This document shows, piece by piece, positions 27,720 to 37,183 of a DNA stretch of 64,000 nucleotides. The DNA is taken from positions 1 through 64,000 of the IMG/VR virus record IMGVR_UViG_3300014204_000151; one strand, written 5' to 3'. Made by a program: the position numbers and the translations under genes. The DNA is from a virus (Duplodnaviria; Caudoviricetes). The notes under the pieces were generated by a model, which had not been told where the DNA came from, searched no databases, and saw nothing but the letters and a program-made list of their open reading frames with translations. The first letter of the stretch is position 1. The number at the start of each line of letters is the position of its first letter.

Positions 27720-27991
27720 TAGAAACTTTACAGCAAAAGTTAGAAGAAAGAGCGATGTCTAAATTTAGAGCATTAATCAGAAAAGAAATACAACGTGTTT
27801 CAGATTTATATGGAGAAGAAATTTATTTAGATGTGGAAGCTCGCAAATATTCTATTTCAGAATTATTAAATATTATTAAAGACTCCATAATTAAACAAGA
27901 AAGTTCTATAATTTGTAAAAAAGAAATAGAAACTTTTTTAGAAACGGTAGAATCTTGTAAAGAACAATTAGATTCATTAAACCAACAATAA
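27716..27991 (+). CDS. hypothetical protein
   Basis: AGGAGG RBS, 91 aa. Confidence 0.65.
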   Translation: MIETLQQKLEERAMSKFRALIRKEIQRVSDLYGEEIYLDVEARKYSISELLNIIKDSIIKQESSIICKKEIETFLETVESCKEQLDSLNQQ

Positions 27992-28150
27992 AATGGAAGA
28001 ACAATTTGATTTATATAGGACAGAATATGATAAAGAATCCGGATTTTATTCTATTCACGATTATTTACACCAAGAGGTAATAATTCTGCGAGAAGACCAG
28101 TTAATTGAATTGATTAAAATGTATTGTAAAATTACAGGAAGGAAGGTTTT

Positions 28151-28384
28151 ATGAGTCCAGTTTATGTTTATTCTTGTGATAAATGTAAAAAAGAATTTGA
28201 TGTTTTGCAGGGAATAAATGACAAAACACTAACCAAACATTCAGACGCTACCGAAGGTCATTCTGGACTAAAAGAAGTTTGTGATGGTAACATAAAAAGA
28301 ATAATACAACCTTGTTCATTTTCGCTCCGTGGATCTGGGTGGACAAATAAATTCTTTCGCGGTAAAAAAAGAGGAAAAAAGTAG
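28151..28384 (+). CDS. FmdB-family zinc ribbon protein
   Basis: PVYVYSCDKCKKEF...IKRII...F...GSGW. Confidence 0.7.
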   Translation: MSPVYVYSCDKCKKEFDVLQGINDKTLTKHSDATEGHSGLKEVCDGNIKRIIQPCSFSLRGSGWTNKFFRGKKRGKK

Positions 28385-28392
28385 GAGATAAT

Positions 28393-28986
28393 ATGACTAA
28401 TACTTTTGATGGATTTGAAGAATTATTTAAGAAGTTTAAACTTATTACTTATTTGATAGGTAGTATGGAAAAGACAGCCTTAAATGACGATGGGGGTGGT
28501 CAGCGATTATATTTGTATAATGAGTTATTATTAAGAGGGGTATATCCTATTAATCCTGTTTTATTGGAGACAGTTAAAACCGGAATACCAACTAAAGAGA
28601 TGAAAGAGAAGATGAACGGGTGGGTTTCTTCCGGTAATTGGGAGTTATTCGGAGAAAGTTCTAATAAAATATGGAATGGAGTTTGGTTGTATAATGAGAA
28701 GTTTGGGCCAATTTATATTCCGGGAGATTGTGAATATGTACGATTATCTAATTTTATTATATTTAGTTATCACAAAGGCGACTTGCCCTGCGGGAGTTTT
28801 TTTGAGGCTGGACTGTCCGCATATAGAAATAAATCATTATATCTTATTACTGATATTGCAAAAAAAGATTTACCAAAAAGTTTATTACAATGGCTATGTA
28901 TTTCCAAAGGAGAAGTATTTAAAACTGATAATGAATTTTTAACTTTTGTTGATAAAAAATATAATTTAAAGAGAAAGGCCAATTAG
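28393..28986 (+). CDS. nucleoside 2-deoxyribosyltransferase-like (NDT/Rcl) protein
   Basis: TYLIGSME...INP...D...SNFII...GSFFEAG.....KSLYL. Confidence 0.55.
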   Translation: MTNTFDGFEELFKKFKLITYLIGSMEKTALNDDGGGQRLYLYNELLLRGVYPINPVLLETVKTGIPTKEMKEKMNGWVSSGNWELFGESSNKIWNGVWLYNEKFGPIYIPGDCEYVRLSNFIIFSYHKGDLPCGSFFEAGLSAYRNKSLYLITDIAKKDLPKSLLQWLCISKGEVFKTDNEFLTFVDKKYNLKRKAN

Positions 28987-29421
28987 ATGGATAATAACCT
29001 AAAATCCACGAATCCTAAAGACATAGTTGGTAGTGATAAAATGCCGATGCATTTATTTCCAAATACTGCTATAATTTATGGAACTTTGGGACTTTTGGAG
29101 GGGATGCTCAAGTATGGAAGGACTAATTGGAGATTCGCGGGGGTACGGGCTTCGATATATTATGATGCTTTAATGAGGCACATGCAAGCTTGGTTTGAGG
29201 GAGAAGAAAACGCTCCAGATTCAGGATTACCACATTTAGCACATGCTTTGGCGTGTATAGCTATTATTATAGACGCTAAAGAAGCTGGTTTGTTAAAAGA
29301 TGATAGATTGTATCCTGCGGAGTATAGAAAAACCATAGATACTATGACAGAACACGTTAAAAGATTAAAAGAAAAATATAAAGATAAAAACCCAAAACAC
29401 TACACAATTGAGGATAAATAA
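28987..29421 (+). CDS. dATP/dGTP diphosphohydrolase (DUF5664/dGTP_diPhyd_N)
   Basis: NPKD..GSDK, GMLKYGRTNWR, YDALMRH...WFEGEE..PDSGLPHLAHA. Confidence 0.88.
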   Translation: MDNNLKSTNPKDIVGSDKMPMHLFPNTAIIYGTLGLLEGMLKYGRTNWRFAGVRASIYYDALMRHMQAWFEGEENAPDSGLPHLAHALACIAIIIDAKEAGLLKDDRLYPAEYRKTIDTMTEHVKRLKEKYKDKNPKHYTIEDK

Positions 29422-29693
29422 AATGTATAACTTATTTTTTATTTTAATGCTTATTGGTTATGGGGGTTTAACTTTTTGTGCAAACGATTTAAAATCAAAA
29501 ATAATAGGAGGATTACTTCTTTTAGCCAATTTCTTGATATTCTACAAATGAGAGGTTACTATGCCTATTTTTTTTAAGTGTGATGATAACCACGAGAAAA
29601 CAACTCTATTTGCAATAGAATATTATAAAAGAAAAGTTTATACTAAAGATTCGATTTATTTGAAAAGAACAATAACATTAGTATTTATTAAAC

Positions 29694-30017
29694 ATGAATT
29701 CTCTATTATCTTTCAAGCCGATGCTAAAAAATAAAGATTGGAAAACCGATTCCGAGCTTTTGGAACAGATTCATACTTTTGCTTCATACACGGATTTATA
29801 TAATTATAGGGGAATAAAAGCTTTAATATTCGATAGATATAAATTAGTTTTGGTCAGAGTAAAAAAAGTAATTAAGCATAATGAAGACTATACAAATGTG
29901 ATTACTGCTATTAGATTTTCATTTGAAGAAGAAACAGTTTGGTGTTTATTATACAGTTTTCTTAATGATAAGAATGGAGATCCGATTGATAATCAATTGT
30001 ATTATTTTGAAAACTAA
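29694..30017 (+). CDS. hypothetical protein
   Basis: 107-aa ORF; start uncertain. Confidence 0.55.
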   Translation: MNSLLSFKPMLKNKDWKTDSELLEQIHTFASYTDLYNYRGIKALIFDRYKLVLVRVKKVIKHNEDYTNVITAIRFSFEEETVWCLLYSFLNDKNGDPIDNQLYYFEN

Positions 30018-30104
30018 TAAAATGGCGGGAATTAAATGCACTAAAAAATTTACAAACCCAATAAAATTAAGCGATATTCCAAACTTTGGAGAATAGGAGG
30101 ATAA

Positions 30105-30803
30105 ATGAATGAAATTTTAAAAGATATACTGATGGTGGTGGGAGGAATAATAGGAGGTTATTTATTCATTAAGATTAGACAAAAAATAATAAATTCTGCT
30201 AAAGAAACGGTTTCTGAAAAGTTTAGTTTATCTAAGTTTTTGAGCGGTATATTTAATCTTGGTTCTGCTGTTGATTGGGCAAAAGACGTTAGCTCTATTT
30301 TTAATCTGAGGAAAATCTGCATTGTAGGAGTTATTGTTGGAGTTATTTATGGATTTGGTTGGTATCAAGGAAAAATTGGAAAAGAAGTATTATTTGATAT
30401 GAGAGGAAAGGAGGCAAAAATAAAACTAAACGAACATTTTTTAAAAATAGAAAAAGAGGGAACTGCTAAGGTTGTAGATAAAGATGGAAAGGTATTAAAA
30501 ACTATAAGAGTTAAAGATGTTGATGGATTGAGGCAAGCTCTTCGCCCCTACGGGTTTCAGCTAAAACCTGTGGGAATTATCGGAGGAAGCGTTGGTGGAG
30601 AATCTTCTGGATTTGAGGGTGGGGTTGGAATTAGTTGGTTTAAATACTTTAAATGGAACTTAGATTCTTTTCTTACAAACCGAGGAATTTATCCATTAGC
30701 CACTTCTTATCAAATTACCGATAATTCTGGGATTGGATTAGGAGTTGGGTGTGGATACGATTCAGAAAAAAGAATAATTGTATATTATCGCTGGAAGTTT
30801 TAA
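30105..30803 (+). CDS. membrane protein with N-terminal TM helices and a beta-strand-rich C-terminus ending in Phe
   Basis: AGGAGG RBS; two hydrophobic helices; alternating G/aromatic strands, ...VYYRWKF. Confidence 0.7.
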   Translation: MNEILKDILMVVGGIIGGYLFIKIRQKIINSAKETVSEKFSLSKFLSGIFNLGSAVDWAKDVSSIFNLRKICIVGVIVGVIYGFGWYQGKIGKEVLFDMRGKEAKIKLNEHFLKIEKEGTAKVVDKDGKVLKTIRVKDVDGLRQALRPYGFQLKPVGIIGGSVGGESSGFEGGVGISWFKYFKWNLDSFLTNRGIYPLATSYQITDNSGIGLGVGCGYDSEKRIIVYYRWKF

Positions 30804-30847
30804 GTGATAAACCATTTGGATTGGAGTATAATAATAAGGAGGATTCT

Positions 30848-31012
30848 ATGAAATCTAAAAAATTAAAGCCAAAAGCTCCAGAGGATACCGCTCTAAGATG
30901 TTATAAATGCGATTTTGAATGGAGAGCTATTGTAAATATTAACGATAAGCTTTACGAATGGTATTGTCCTAATTGTAAAAAATGTACTGTTGAACTTAAT
31001 TTAGGAAAGTGA
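30848..31012 (+). CDS. small zinc-ribbon protein
   Basis: AGGAGG RBS, CYKC...CPNC. Confidence 0.65.
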   Translation: MKSKKLKPKAPEDTALRCYKCDFEWRAIVNINDKLYEWYCPNCKKCTVELNLGK

Positions 31013-31521
31013 GGGGATCGATGTCTTTTACTAAAAGAAAGATAAAAGAATATCATTATTATATGAAAAAACGCAAATATTTTGCGGGAATATTTAATAC
31101 TTTAAAAACCTATAACAAATCTAGTTTAAACTGCTTTATTAATAAATATCACCATAAGCCTATATTGTGGAGCAATAAATTAGCATATTTAGCAGGATTA
31201 ATTGATGGAGAAGGATATTTTAAAATAGAAAAGTGGGGAACCATTAGATTAATAATTGGAATGTGCGATAAAAAAACAATATATTGGATAAAGAAAAATT
31301 TTGGAGGAAATGTTACTATTCAAAAAACTCAAAAGGGGAGGCTTTTCTATGTTTGGAGGTTAAATCAAGGAAAAGATTTATTTTATTTAATGCTCTGCGT
31401 TATTCCTTTTTTAGTAAATAAAAAACATATTGCATTGAGATATTTTAAAGTAATAATCAATAAAATAAGAAAGATGGAGCATACATTATATCCTCCATCT
31501 CTTATAAACAAGGAGGAATAA
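31009..31521 (+). CDS. LAGLIDADG homing endonuclease
   Basis: LAYLAGLIDGEG, FGG, VIPFLVNKK. Confidence 0.88.
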   Translation: MRGSMSFTKRKIKEYHYYMKKRKYFAGIFNTLKTYNKSSLNCFINKYHHKPILWSNKLAYLAGLIDGEGYFKIEKWGTIRLIIGMCDKKTIYWIKKNFGGNVTIQKTQKGRLFYVWRLNQGKDLFYLMLCVIPFLVNKKHIALRYFKVIINKIRKMEHTLYPPSLINKEE

Positions 31522-31522
31522 T

Positions 31523-31882
31523 ATCCCATATATTAAATCTGGAGATGGGCGTAGAGAAGCGTTGCAAAGAGGAGAAAGAGCTTTAACTGCTGGTGAGCTT
31601 AATTATCAAATCTTTTATTATTGCAAGCATAATAATATTGATGGAGAATTTACTCAAGACGATTTTATTCAGATAAAAATGTTCGTTAATAATTTCTTGG
31701 GAAAGTCTCCGAATTACCAATTATGGAATGACATCACAGGAGCTTTAATCCGATGTGGATTTGAATTAAAAAGAAGGTTAGATATTGATGCAGATATATT
31801 AACAGATGTATTATTATCTTATAATGGAAAAATTGATGAGTACGAAAATTTTAAAATTCTCGAAAATGGCGATGTGGAGTAA
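31523..31882 (+). CDS. phage protein of the MPYIK...GELNY type (DUF6899-like), apparent ATC start
   Basis: AGGAGG-6nt-ATC CCA TAT ATT AAA; TAGELNYQI. Confidence 0.6.
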   Translation: MPYIKSGDGRREALQRGERALTAGELNYQIFYYCKHNNIDGEFTQDDFIQIKMFVNNFLGKSPNYQLWNDITGALIRCGFELKRRLDIDADILTDVLLSYNGKIDEYENFKILENGDVE

Positions 31883-31886
31883 AAAA

Positions 31887-32051
31887 ATGGTAAAGAAAAA
31901 GAAACTAAATAAGTTTGAAGCATATTTAAAACTTTGGAGAAAGTGGACTATATCGCCGGTTACAAAAGTTAAAAAGAGCAAAAAGATATATAATAGAAAA
32001 AAAGAAAAGCAGAAATTTAATAATGAGGTTTCTAATGCCAGATTTAATTAG
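31887..32051 (+). CDS. small basic phage protein
   Basis: RKWTISPVTKVKKSKKIYNRK. Confidence 0.6.
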   Translation: MVKKKKLNKFEAYLKLWRKWTISPVTKVKKSKKIYNRKKEKQKFNNEVSNARFN

Positions 32052-32370
32052 AACTCCCAATGAAATTAAAACCACAATAAATAGTATTTTTCTAAAGGTA
32101 TTGGAGGAATCAAAATTATCTTTAGATATTCCAAAATTGTTGTGGTTTAAACATTTATTAATAGAAGAAATTAGTTATAAAATATTTGGATTATTATGCG
32201 AAGAGGAAAGGAGTTGCTTAGAAATAGAGAAATTAAAACACGAGGATTTTATTAAAAAACAAATAGTGAATTATTTTAAATTTAAAGAACAAAAAAAATA
32301 TGAACAATCTGATTTAATCAGGAATTGGTTGTTGGAGATATATGATATTAATGTTTCTGAATTAAAATAA
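32035..32370 (+). CDS. hypothetical protein with CysRS-C-terminal-like tail
   Basis: KEQKKYEQSDLIRNWLLEIYDI. Confidence 0.6.
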   Translation: MPDLIRTPNEIKTTINSIFLKVLEESKLSLDIPKLLWFKHLLIEEISYKIFGLLCEEERSCLEIEKLKHEDFIKKQIVNYFKFKEQKKYEQSDLIRNWLLEIYDINVSELK

Positions 32371-32383
32371 AAGGAGGTTATTT

Positions 32384-33415
32384 ATGCACATTTGTATAGA
32401 AAAGGGTTGTGGTAATACCGTGGGTCGAGCAAACGTTCGATGCAGAGATTGTTATGATAAATTAATTGCTTCACGAAAAAAAGTTATAGTAGAAAAAAAG
32501 TTAGATAGTAATATTCCCAATCTTATTGTAGAATCTTTAAAATCTGAAATAAAGAAAGTAAAGCCTTACAACGCTATTCCAAATGCAATTACTCGGAGTG
32601 GAGATACTTGCGTTATTCAATTATCAGATTTACATGCGGGAAAGGTAACTAAAGACCCAGATGGAAATATTCTTTACAATGAAGAAGTTTTTAAGCATAG
32701 GATAAATGTTTTGTGTGGTCAAATTCTTAAAATATTGGATAAGAACATAAGACAGTCTACTCCTATTACAGATGTTGTTATTTTATCTACAGGAGACCAG
32801 GCTAATGGTGAGGATATTTATGAAACTCAAGTTTATGAACAAGAAATGGCTCCGCCGAGACAGGTGATGATAGTGGTTGATGCTATAATTGGATTGATTT
32901 TAGCATTATTAAAACGAGGGCTTCCTGTTAGCTTTTTTGGCGTGAAAGGGAATCACGGTCGTCTTGCTAAAGACGCAAATCCATCCGCCAACTGGGATTT
33001 AATGATTTACTTGGTGTTGGAGTTTTGGGCAAAAACAATATTGAAGAATAAAAACTTAACTATTAAATATGCCGAAACTGATCACATGATAGTAAACATA
33101 AAAACTAAAAAATATATGATTCGGCATATTGCTCCTGAAAATTCTGATACTCCTTCAGGGCGAGTAAAATTTAATGAATGGGCAAGAAAACATAAACTTG
33201 ATGCTATTGTTTATGGACATTGGCATCACTTTGGAATTACAGACGTTGATGGTATTCGGGTATTTCGAGGTGGGTCTGTAAGTGGTGAAGATTCATTATC
33301 GGAAAGCATGGCAAAACATTCAGAGCCGGTACAGCTAATTTGGGGGGTTAATAAGGATAGGGCTATGACCTTTCTTTATGCTGTAGACCTGCGCTTGGGT
33401 CAAACTACGGATTAG
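32384..33415 (+). CDS. calcineurin-like metallophosphoesterase
   Basis: LSDLHAG, GDQANGED, KGNHGR, GHWHH. Confidence 0.85.
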   Translation: MHICIEKGCGNTVGRANVRCRDCYDKLIASRKKVIVEKKLDSNIPNLIVESLKSEIKKVKPYNAIPNAITRSGDTCVIQLSDLHAGKVTKDPDGNILYNEEVFKHRINVLCGQILKILDKNIRQSTPITDVVILSTGDQANGEDIYETQVYEQEMAPPRQVMIVVDAIIGLILALLKRGLPVSFFGVKGNHGRLAKDANPSANWDLMIYLVLEFWAKTILKNKNLTIKYAETDHMIVNIKTKKYMIRHIAPENSDTPSGRVKFNEWARKHKLDAIVYGHWHHFGITDVDGIRVFRGGSVSGEDSLSESMAKHSEPVQLIWGVNKDRAMTFLYAVDLRLGQTTD

Positions 33416-33429
33416 TAAAAATAATGCCT

Positions 33430-33518
33430 CTGAGGGCTTCGTAGAGGCAAGAATCATAAATGGTTGAAACTATTATAGTTACAAATAGTAGTTAACTTAT
33501 TGAAATTAAATGGGTTAC
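33430..33518 (-). repeat. composite element copy L (two 27-bp quasi-palindromes plus asymmetric box), inverted relative to M and R
   Basis: On the - strand: GTAACCCATTT-AATTT-CAATAAGTTAA, 9 bp, GTAACTATAAT-AGTTT-CAACCATTTAT, 8 bp, CCTCTACGAAGCCCTCAG. Confidence 0.8.
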
Positions 33519-33566
33519 AGCAAAAAACAAGAAAAAGAGCCAAAGCAATTAAGTTTGCCAAAGAGA

Positions 33567-33587
33567 AATAATATCTTATGCTATACT
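33567..33587 (+). promoter_or_regulatory. phage promoter motif copy
   Basis: AATAATATCTTATGCTATACT. Confidence 0.8.
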
Positions 33588-33607
33588 TATAATGAAAGGA
33601 TGATTAA

Positions 33608-33793
33608 ATGAACGGAGCAAAAAGAATGATGAAAATAAAATCTAAGCAATCAATTACAAAGAGAACATATTCCACCATCTGTCAAAAATGTAAAGAACAG
33701 ATTGGTGGCTATTGTGATAATCCGAATAAATGTAAAAAATTAAAAACAGAAATAAATAGACCGGCTATGTTTACATATATTGGTGTTGGATAA
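33608..33793 (+). CDS. small Cys-rich hypothetical protein
   Basis: CQKC...C....C. Confidence 0.55.
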   Translation: MNGAKRMMKIKSKQSITKRTYSTICQKCKEQIGGYCDNPNKCKKLKTEINRPAMFTYIGVG

Positions 33794-33855
33794 TAAAAGA
33801 TGTGCAATGGGAAGAGTTGGATGGGAGTGGGACTACGAGAAAGAGTGATTTGATA

Positions 33856-34026
33856 ATGATTAAAAAATTGTTATGCAGATTAGGTTATCATTCTCCAGTT
33901 ATAGAACCTACTATTTCTTTGAGTAAAGATACTAAAGAAACTAAGTTTATGGTACAATATGGAATTATTAAATGTAAAAATTGTAATTATGTATTTTCTA
34001 CGGTTGTATTAAATATTACAATATAA
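33856..34026 (+). CDS. small phage protein (LLCRLGYH type)
   Basis: MIKKLLCRLGYH...CKNC. Confidence 0.6.
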   Translation: MIKKLLCRLGYHSPVIEPTISLSKDTKETKFMVQYGIIKCKNCNYVFSTVVLNITI

Positions 34027-34027
34027 T

Positions 34028-34483
34028 ATGCCATATAAAGATAGACAAAAACAATTAGAATATGGAAAAAAATGGGGCAAAATAAATAAAGAGAAAAAAA
34101 AAGTTTATGATAAACAGTGGAGAAAAAATAATAAAAAAATTTTAAAAGAAAAGCAAAAAAACTATAGAAAACAAAACTATAAACAAATTCAAATAGAAAT
34201 AATTAATTGGAGAAATAAATACCCGTGGATAAAAAGTTGTTATCCGGCAAAACAACGGTGTAACAATCCCAAAAATAAACGCTATCATAGATATGGTGGT
34301 AGAGGAATTAAGTTCTTGATGACATCCGCAGATTTTGAATATTTATGGTTTAGAGACAAAGCTTATTTAATGAAAAAACCCAGTATTGATCGCATTAATA
34401 ATGACGGAAATTATGAGTTGAGTAATTGTAGATTTATAGAATTAAGTGAAAATATTAGAAAAAGTAATAAAAGAATTAGGTAA
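34028..34483 (+). CDS. HNH-type endonuclease, paralog of 18323-18670
   Basis: AKQRCNNP...YGGRGIK...WFRDKAYLMKKPSIDRINNDGNYELSN. Confidence 0.8.
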   Translation: MPYKDRQKQLEYGKKWGKINKEKKKVYDKQWRKNNKKILKEKQKNYRKQNYKQIQIEIINWRNKYPWIKSCYPAKQRCNNPKNKRYHRYGGRGIKFLMTSADFEYLWFRDKAYLMKKPSIDRINNDGNYELSNCRFIELSENIRKSNKRIR

Positions 34484-34509
34484 ACTTATAATTGATGTGA
34501 GAGGATAAT

Positions 34510-35703
34510 ATGAGAATTTTTTCTTTATTTGATGGGATGTCATGCGCTCAAATAGCTATAAATAAATTAGGAATAAAAGATTATACTTATTATGCGTCTG
34601 AAATTGATAAATATGCTATAGCAGTTACTCAATATAACTATCCTAATACTATTCAAATTGGAGATATTACTAAATTAAAAGGAGAAGATTATAGGGATAT
34701 TGATTTGTTGATTGGAGGCAGTCCTTGCGTTGGATTTTCAAACGCCGGTAAAGGATTGAATTTTGAAGATAAACAAAGTAAATTATTTTTTGAATGGCTA
34801 CGATTATTAAAGGAAATTAAACCTAAATATTTTGTACTTGAAAATGTTAAAATGAAAAAAGAATGGAAAGATCAAATTTCAGAATTAGTAGGTATAGAGC
34901 CGATACTTATAAACGCGACATTAGTTTCTGCTCAGAATAGAGAAAGAAATTTTTGGACAAATATTACAAATATTAAACAACCAGAAGATAAACATATTTA
35001 TTTAAAAGATATTATTGAAAGCGGAATTACAGAAAAGGATAAATCTTACTGTATTGATGCTAATTATGCTAAAGGTACTTCTTGCGAAAATAATTTTCGC
35101 AAGAAAAGAAGGCAAATAATTTTTGAAAAATATATTTTATCAAAAACAGCATTAGAAAGAATAAAAAGACATAATTACAATGTTCCAAAAATTATGCCTG
35201 AGAAAACAGGAACTTTAAATACTAAAAATAATAGTGGACAATTGTCTTTAGATAGTGGTACAACTTTGATTCCAATAAAAACCTTACCACATGGATACAT
35301 TAAATCAAAAACTCGGTACTATAGTAAGTATCCAACTTTATGTGCGCAAAATCCAGGAACTAAATATTTGATTAATCCCAATAGATGTATTCAAGTAGGC
35401 GAGGCAAATATTTCTGGAAATGACCAAATTAAACGAGTTTATGATATTAGTGGTAAGAGTCCGACTCTTACCACCATGACTGGAGGTCATAGACAACCAA
35501 AAATAGCGTTGGATGAATTATATTATCGTCGATTAATTCCGTTGGAATGTGAAAGACTGCAAACGGTTCCAGATAATTATACTTCTAAAGGAAGTTTTAA
35601 TGGAACAATTAAACCAATAAGCGATTCTCAACGATATAAAATGGTAGGTAATGGATTTTGTGTTGATGTAATAAAACATATTTTATCTTTTATGGAGCTA
35701 TAA
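34510..35703 (+). CDS. C5-cytosine DNA methyltransferase
   Basis: SLFDG, GGSPC, LENV, QNRER, ECERLQ, VGNG. Confidence 0.92.
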   Translation: MRIFSLFDGMSCAQIAINKLGIKDYTYYASEIDKYAIAVTQYNYPNTIQIGDITKLKGEDYRDIDLLIGGSPCVGFSNAGKGLNFEDKQSKLFFEWLRLLKEIKPKYFVLENVKMKKEWKDQISELVGIEPILINATLVSAQNRERNFWTNITNIKQPEDKHIYLKDIIESGITEKDKSYCIDANYAKGTSCENNFRKKRRQIIFEKYILSKTALERIKRHNYNVPKIMPEKTGTLNTKNNSGQLSLDSGTTLIPIKTLPHGYIKSKTRYYSKYPTLCAQNPGTKYLINPNRCIQVGEANISGNDQIKRVYDISGKSPTLTTMTGGHRQPKIALDELYYRRLIPLECERLQTVPDNYTSKGSFNGTIKPISDSQRYKMVGNGFCVDVIKHILSFMEL

Positions 35704-36629
35704 TGAACAAATTTATTTTTACAGATTGGCATATTAAAGAAAAAGATTTGCAAGAGTGCCAACTTATTGCAGATGAATTACTTTGCTTAATTAAAGAGTT
35801 CTCAATTAATGAGGTTTGTAATATTGGAGACTCGTTCCACGTAATTAAGCCCTCTAATTTGGAGTTAGACTTCTTCGCCAATTTTTTACAAAGCTTACCA
35901 GTACCAATGAAGATGATTGTAGCTTCAAGCCATGAGTCTGTGAGCGAAAATAATCATATACTAAATCACTTTTCTATATTACATAATAAAATAGAATTAT
36001 ATCCTACAGATTGGACTGATGGGAATTTATTATTGGGACACTACATTTGTGCAGAGGCATTAAAAGGATTTCATTCTTCTATTACTAAAAAAGGGTTAAT
36101 GGATAGAAGTAAATTAGCACTATTGGGTCATCAACATACTTTTGAAGAGCTTGAGCCTAATCGAGTTTATCAATTGGGGTCATGCCGCAGTGTAAACTTC
36201 GACGAGTCTGGAGAGAAAAAAAAGATTGCTATTATCATTAATTATGGAACAAAAAATCAGAAGTTAGAATTTATACCATTATCTTCTCCTTATCCTATGA
36301 AAACATTAACTTTCGTAGCCGGAGTTACATTTCCAGATTGGAAGAAAGAGAATCCACTCACAAAAACAAGATATATTTTTAAAGATTTGGATTCATATAA
36401 GAATTTTATTCCTTTTGAGCAAAAAGTAAAAAATTATTTTACCATGTTTAAGGTAGAATTTGACCTTACCAAAAAAGATTATATTGCTAATGAAGAAAAG
36501 AAAGAATCTATTACTCTCGAACAATCATTTAAAGATTTTTGTGTAAAAAATAAAGTGGATAATAGGATAGCTAATATTATTAACCGGGCAATAACAACTT
36601 CTGGAGAAAATAATGAAGTCAAAAGCTAA
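35703..36629 (+). CDS. SbcD/Mre11-like nuclease
   Basis: FTDWH, IGDSFH, LGH, LGHQH, LGS; upstream of an SMC-like ATPase. Confidence 0.75.
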   Translation: MNKFIFTDWHIKEKDLQECQLIADELLCLIKEFSINEVCNIGDSFHVIKPSNLELDFFANFLQSLPVPMKMIVASSHESVSENNHILNHFSILHNKIELYPTDWTDGNLLLGHYICAEALKGFHSSITKKGLMDRSKLALLGHQHTFEELEPNRVYQLGSCRSVNFDESGEKKKIAIIINYGTKNQKLEFIPLSSPYPMKTLTFVAGVTFPDWKKENPLTKTRYIFKDLDSYKNFIPFEQKVKNYFTMFKVEFDLTKKDYIANEEKKESITLEQSFKDFCVKNKVDNRIANIINRAITTSGENNEVKS

Positions 36630-37179
36630 AAAGCAAGTAGAAGAATGGGATGAAGAAGCCAGACTTACACCTATTGAAGCTACATTATTAAGAACAAGAA
36701 CGGTATTTCTTACAGAAGAGATAGACTCAGATGTTATTTCTGATTTAATGGCTACTATTATTGCTTTAGATCAACGTAATGTAGCTCCTATAAATATGTT
36801 TATTAATTCTCCCGGGGGAGAAATTATGGCGGGATTAGCTTTGATTGATTTGATGGATATGATAAAAAGTCCTGTAAATACTATAGTTATGGGAGAAGCT
36901 TGTAGTATGGCTGGTATAATTTCTATTTGTGGAAAGACTCGTAGTATTTCAAAAAACTCCGTAATTATGTTCCATGAGGGATTTTTTTCTACGCAAGATT
37001 ATTCGCAAAAAATGAAGTGCCGAGCTGTATTTTTTGATAAATTAGAAGAAAGAATGGATATTATAATTAAACAAAAAACTAGATTGACAGACAAAGACAT
37101 CGAAACTATGAAAAATGGAGAATTATGGTTGTTTGCTCAAGACGCCGTAATTAAAGGAGTTGCGGATAAAATAATTTAA
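36613..37179 (+). CDS. clpP: ClpP-family serine protease
   Basis: INSPGG, GEACSMAG (Ser), MFHE (His), GVADKII. Confidence 0.88.
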   Translation: MKSKAKKQVEEWDEEARLTPIEATLLRTRTVFLTEEIDSDVISDLMATIIALDQRNVAPINMFINSPGGEIMAGLALIDLMDMIKSPVNTIVMGEACSMAGIISICGKTRSISKNSVIMFHEGFFSTQDYSQKMKCRAVFFDKLEERMDIIIKQKTRLTDKDIETMKNGELWLFAQDAVIKGVADKII

Positions 37180-37183
37180 AACC

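Noticed and set aside
28393-29421. Confirmed 2-aminoadenine (Z) genome
   Set aside because: No purZ in the window; DUF5664 and HD proteins alone are not diagnostic.
36613-37179. ClpP as prohead maturation protease
   Set aside because: No portal or capsid genes are nearby; it sits in the DNA-metabolism operon.
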